Of a stretch of DNA of 10,690 nt, positions 7,147-10,690 are shown in pieces; positions within the stretch are counted from its first letter, which is position 1, and each line of letters opens with the position of its first letter. The DNA is taken from the NCBI GenBank assembly GCA_045805065.1, contig JBJMMA010000127.1, forward strand, positions 1-10,690, given 5' to 3'. Both the position numbers and the translations under genes were made by a program. The notes under the pieces were generated by a model that did not search any database, was not told the origin of the DNA, and worked only from the letters and a program-made list of their open reading frames with translations. Source of the stretch: Bdellovibrionia bacterium (GTDB lineage Bacteria > Bdellovibrionota > UBA1018).

Positions 7147-7163
7147 CTGGCGAGCCGTTTGCA
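7147..7163 (+). promoter_or_regulatory. Putative sigma54 promoter of yihY
   Basis: CTGGCGAGCCGTTTGCA = TGGC-N7-TTGCA, exact -24/-12 spacing, 50 nt upstream of ATG 7214, which has a GGAG SD. Confidence 0.6.
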
Positions 7164-7213
7164 CCGTTTCCAATCTCAACCCCGAGTCTTACAAAGGCAA
7201 ACGGAGACGCACC

Positions 7214-8152
7214 ATGAGCAAGCAGCAAAATCAGTCACGGAATAAATCACCGAATTTCGTCAAGAAGCGGCTGAAAGACACCGGTTCCTTATTTAAAGAC
7301 GCAACGAACAACTGGCTCTCAGATAACGCAACGATGATGAGCGGATCGATTGCTTATTCGACTGTTTTCTCGATTGCTCCCCTTCTGATCATTGCTGTCA
7401 CGATCGCAAGCTTTGCCTTTGGTGAACAGGCAAGTCGCGGCGAGCTTCATCGCGCTATTGAAGGCCTGGTCGGAACGGATGGCGCGACAGCTATTCAAAC
7501 CATGATTCGCGCCTCGGCTAAAAAACCCGGAACCGGAACATTTGCCACGATCATCAGTACCGCGGTTCTCATTGTCGGTGCATCGTCTGCGTTCTCGCAG
7601 CTTCAGCAATCGCTCAACCTGATCTGGAAAGTCGAGGCCCCCCGTCCCGGTCATAATAAGATCTGGGAATTTGTCCGCCAACGGCTTCTGACTTTTGGAA
7701 TGGTACTCGTCATCGGCTTTTTTCTCCTGGTTTCGCTCCTCCTGACAGCAGCGCTGGCTACCATCGGGGATCATCTTCAGAACTTGCTTCCAGGCGGCGC
7801 AGGATTTTGGATGGTGGCAAACTCGGTCATTTCGTTTGGAGTCGTGACCGCCCTTTTTGCCGCAATTTATAAGATCCTTCCGGACGCGAAACTTCGCTGG
7901 AAAGACGTTTGGGTTGGCGCGGCCGTGACTGCCCTACTCTTTACGATCGGTAAGCTCCTGATCGGCGTCTATATCGGCCACAGCAGTATTGCCTCAAGCT
8001 ATGGCGCCATGGGATCGCTGGTCGTTTTCCTGGTCTGGGTTTATTACTCCTCTTCCATCCTGCTTTTTGGAGCTGAGTTCACGCGCGTCTGGACCGAAAG
8101 TCATCGAAAGTCTGTGCCCCCTGCAGACTACGCCAAGCGAATTGCAGCTTAA
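7214..8152 (+). CDS. yihY: YihY/virulence factor BrkB family membrane protein
   Basis: SIAYSTVFSIAPLL, ASSAFSQLQQSLNLIW, LFAAIYKILPD, VWVGAAVTALLFTIGKLLIGVY, SYGAMGSLVVFLVWVYYSSSILLFGAEF; multiple TM helices; GGAG SD at 7203-7206. Confidence 0.92.
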   Translation: MSKQQNQSRNKSPNFVKKRLKDTGSLFKDATNNWLSDNATMMSGSIAYSTVFSIAPLLIIAVTIASFAFGEQASRGELHRAIEGLVGTDGATAIQTMIRASAKKPGTGTFATIISTAVLIVGASSAFSQLQQSLNLIWKVEAPRPGHNKIWEFVRQRLLTFGMVLVIGFFLLVSLLLTAALATIGDHLQNLLPGGAGFWMVANSVISFGVVTALFAAIYKILPDAKLRWKDVWVGAAVTALLFTIGKLLIGVYIGHSSIASSYGAMGSLVVFLVWVYYSSSILLFGAEFTRVWTESHRKSVPPADYAKRIAA

Positions 8153-8177
8153 ACCCAAGTCGTGATACCCATCGGGT

Positions 8178-9401
8178 ATGTCCCAAACTCTGACTGCAGC
8201 CATCATCGGCTCAGGCCCTGCAGGCCTGATGGCCGCCGAGCAACTCTCGCGCCTGGGAGCGCAAAGAGTAAAGGTCACTCTTTTTGAAAAACGAAAGGGC
8301 CTGGGACGAAAACTGCTGGTTGCCGGAAGCTCAGGGCTCAACATTACCTACGATTGCCCTGAGAACGAGTTTGCGGGTTTTTACCGCGGGTCTAAATCTC
8401 ATTTTCAAAAACTCTTTCAAGCGTTTGGCCCAAAAGACTGGCTGAACTTCATTGAGAAGGACCTTGGGATCCCCACCTTTAAAGGAACTAGCCGTCGTTA
8501 TTTTGTCGAAGGAATGAAGGCGTCCATTCTTTTAAAGAACTGGACAGATCGACTGAAGAAGGCGGGCGTCGAAATCGTCTCAGGTCATGAGCTTCTGGAC
8601 TTTGATAAGAACGAGGCAGGCCTGGTCCGGCTGAAACTCTCCGAACTGGGTGAGAAGGAATTTCATACCGTCATCTTAGCCTTAGGCGGCGGAAGCTGGG
8701 AACCGCAGGAAAAACCACTCCGCTGGGTGGAGTTGCTCAAGCGCAAGGGTCTTACCTTTACCGAATTTCAATCCGCCAATTGTGGTTATGAAATCGATTG
8801 GCCGCAAAAGCTTTTGGAAGAAGCAGAAGGAAAACCGATCAAGAACATCGTCCTCACTTCTCCCAAAGGAAAGAGAAGCGGCGAGCTCGTGATCACTCGT
8901 TATGGTCTTGAAGGAACGCCAATTTATTTTGCCGGAATGACAGGCACGGTTTACCTGGATCTTAAGCCAGAGATGACACCTCAGGAGCTTCTGGCTCGAT
9001 TGAACTCCGGCAGGGAAAACCTCTCCCCCATTCGCCGTGTGAAGAAGCATTTGAAGCTCAGCGAGGGGGCCGATGCTTTTGTGTTCCACATGCTTCCGGC
9101 CGAAGCACGCGGTGACTTGAAGAAGCTTGCTGAAACTCTCAAGAAGTTTCCCGTCACGCTCAAACAACCCAGACCTCTCGAAGAAGCGATCTCCTCTTCA
9201 GGAGGCCTTTCATTCAGCGAGCTCGATGAGCGCCTGATGGTCAAGAAGTTTCCCGGGATTTTTGCCGCCGGAGAGATGCTGGATTGGGATGCGCCTACAG
9301 GCGGATTCCTGATTCAGGCATCGATCTCACAAGGGGCCTTTGTTGCGGCTCGGGCAGCGGAGCTTCTCGCAGGGTACCCATCAGGCGGTCCCAGAACGTA
9401 A
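8178..9401 (+). CDS. TIGR03862 / HI0933 (YhiN/BaiN-like) family FAD/NAD(P)-dependent flavoprotein
   Basis: IIGSGPAGLMAA dinucleotide fold, GRKLLVAGSSGLNIT, LALGGGSW, GELVITRYGLEG, AISSSGG, AGEMLDWDAPTGGFL. Confidence 0.88.
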   Translation: MSQTLTAAIIGSGPAGLMAAEQLSRLGAQRVKVTLFEKRKGLGRKLLVAGSSGLNITYDCPENEFAGFYRGSKSHFQKLFQAFGPKDWLNFIEKDLGIPTFKGTSRRYFVEGMKASILLKNWTDRLKKAGVEIVSGHELLDFDKNEAGLVRLKLSELGEKEFHTVILALGGGSWEPQEKPLRWVELLKRKGLTFTEFQSANCGYEIDWPQKLLEEAEGKPIKNIVLTSPKGKRSGELVITRYGLEGTPIYFAGMTGTVYLDLKPEMTPQELLARLNSGRENLSPIRRVKKHLKLSEGADAFVFHMLPAEARGDLKKLAETLKKFPVTLKQPRPLEEAISSSGGLSFSELDERLMVKKFPGIFAAGEMLDWDAPTGGFLIQASISQGAFVAARAAELLAGYPSGGPRT

Positions 9402-10089
9402 AGTAGAGTCCGTAGTTTCCGCGGAAGAGCCTGTGATGGTCGTTATGAAAGGTGGAGCGATTGAGCCAGCCCAGCACGGGATGAGCGCGCCAGCGATCCG
9501 GATAAATCTCCACGCCCAGATGTCCCATGACATTAAAGAGCAGAGAGATGATCGAAAAGACGATCGTCATTCCCACATGCATGGGGACGATGAAGAACAA
9601 GGGCACAATCCAGACGAACTCAAGAAAGGCTTCCGTCGGATGAAAGGCGAAAGCTGCAAACGGCGTCGGATTCGTTGAGAGATGATGCACGCGATGGATG
9701 CGCTGAAACCAGAACGGACGATGAACAAAACGGTGCATCCAGTAAAAGTACGTGTCGTTGATCACCAAAAGACCCAGCAGCGAGATGATCCACCAGCCCA
9801 CGCCGTAATCCGAAACATGATCATAGAGCTTTGTGTAAGGACGAACGGACGAAAGAAAAGGAACCGTGAAGACGGCGGTATAGAGAGCCAGCGAGACGAT
9901 CGAGTAGAAAACCTCGCGTCGAATATCAGTCGCCTTGAAGTCCTTGGGTTGCAGGCGGTGAAGCTTGCTCCACTCCACTTTCCACTTCCAAAAGCCCACG
10001 TACGCAAGTCCCGTGATCAGAAAATACCGAATCGTGATGCTGATACCGATAATGAAGGCGATTTGAAACCATGGAATCTGAGCTGGCAT
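9295..10089 (-). CDS. Sterol desaturase / fatty-acid hydroxylase superfamily membrane di-iron enzyme
   Basis: Histidine boxes DTYFYWMHRFVH, HRVHH, GHLG, HNDHH, then GNYGLYFTFWDRLMGT; hydrophobic helices. Confidence 0.92.
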   Translation of the reverse strand: MPAQIPWFQIAFIIGISITIRYFLITGLAYVGFWKWKVEWSKLHRLQPKDFKATDIRREVFYSIVSLALYTAVFTVPFLSSVRPYTKLYDHVSDYGVGWWIISLLGLLVINDTYFYWMHRFVHRPFWFQRIHRVHHLSTNPTPFAAFAFHPTEAFLEFVWIVPLFFIVPMHVGMTIVFSIISLLFNVMGHLGVEIYPDRWRAHPVLGWLNRSTFHNDHHRLFRGNYGLYFTFWDRLMGTLREAPLPEPQQRPLVRSMPESGIRL

Positions 10090-10115
10090 ATCGCGGGCAC
10101 TTTACCACACTTCGT

Positions 10116-10472
10116 TTACTTATAAAATGCAACCGCAACCGCGCCAAAGATCAGTGAAAAGGAGATTAAGTGCTTGAAACTAGGCGTTTCTCCAAGCGCC
10201 AGCCAGGCAAAAAGCATAAATATACCCAGGGTAATCGCCTCCTGGAGGATCTTGAGCTGATAGGCGCTCAGCGTGCCATAACCCAGTCGATTGGCAGGAA
10301 CCTGAAGCACGTATTCAAAGAATGCCAGCCCCCAGCTTGCCAAAATCGCAATCCAAAGTGGCGCTGACTTGAACTTTAAATGACCGTACCATGCAACGGT
10401 CATAAAGCAGTTCGAGGCAGTCAGCAGCAATACGGTTCTAAGAACTGGCCAGCTCAAGAAGGATGCATTCAT
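10116..10472 (-). CDS. DMT family small membrane protein (DUF486-like)
   Basis: TVLLLTASNCFMTVAWYGHLK, ILASWGLAFFEYVLQVPANRLG, QLKILQEAITL. Start moved to ATG 10472 (118 aa) because the track's extension overlaps the divergent reductase gene. Confidence 0.88.
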   Translation of the reverse strand: MNASFLSWPVLRTVLLLTASNCFMTVAWYGHLKFKSAPLWIAILASWGLAFFEYVLQVPANRLGYGTLSAYQLKILQEAITLGIFMLFAWLALGETPSFKHLISFSLIFGAVAVAFYK

Positions 10473-10548
10473 AAGTCGGATCTTAGCTTGTTCTCGTCTG
10501 CTTGGGTAGAGCGTGTCAGGGTCTTCTGTTTGCATAAACAAGAGCGCA

Positions 10549-10690
10549 ATGCCCAAAAAGATCGCGGTTCTCGTTGGAAGCTTAAGAAAAGAGTCATTTA
10601 ATCGAAAGATGGCGCACATGCTTATGTCACTTGCGCCAAAAGATCTCGAGCTGGAGATTGTCGAGATTGGTCAGTTGCCTCACTATAACC
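10549..10690 (+). CDS. NAD(P)H-dependent FMN reductase / chromate reductase (ChrR/YieF-like), 5' part only
   Basis: My translation from ATG 10549: MPKKIAVLVGSLRKESFNRKMAHMLMSLAPKDLELEIVEIGQLPHYN, containing the GSLRKxSFN FMN-binding loop and LPxYN. Runs off the window, so not in the ORF track. Confidence 0.88.
   Translation, partial: MPKKIAVLVGSLRKESFNRKMAHMLMSLAPKDLELEIVEIGQLPHYN

Noticed and set aside
7137..7160. Hairpin after the PLD gene as an intrinsic terminator
   Set aside because: Short bulged stem with only three T residues; better explained as the overlapping sigma54 element.
7319..10601. Alternative ORFs within yihY, flavoprotein, desaturase and DMT genes
   Set aside because: Shadow frames of clearly identifiable genes.
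10473..10619. N-terminal 49-aa extension of the DMT ORF
   Set aside because: Overlaps the divergent FMN reductase gene starting at 10549; the family match begins at Met 10472.

Overview
A gene-dense bacterial chromosomal segment (GC a little over 50% by eye). A Bd3614-family deaminase tentatively suggests a Bdellovibrionota-like host. Left to right: a truncated hydrophilic hypothetical gene (-); a DTW-domain tRNA acp3U transferase (-); an XRE-HTH regulator (-), divergent from a Bd3614-family Zn deaminase (+); a PafA-type alkaline phosphatase (-); an orphan PhoR-like histidine kinase (-); a 'glycine-rich-domain' (DUF1399/TIGR04222-like) protein (-) translationally coupled to an upstream 49-aa peptide ending in CCDGCKGGH (-); a secreted single-HKD PLD/Nuc nuclease (+); a YihY/BrkB membrane protein (+); a TIGR03862/HI0933-family flavoprotein (+); a sterol desaturase/fatty-acid hydroxylase (-); a DUF486 DMT protein (-); and the 5' part of an NADPH-dependent FMN reductase (+). 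I saw no rRNA, tRNA, CRISPR or mobile element. The best candidate for a new system is the Cys-rich peptide plus GRDP-like putative metalloenzyme pair, a possible new RiPP or metal-binding peptide system. Also notable: the deaminase looks like a pseudo-deaminase/deaminase tandem, many starts look leaderless, and there are two sigma54-like promoters. All family calls come from motif recognition, not database searches.
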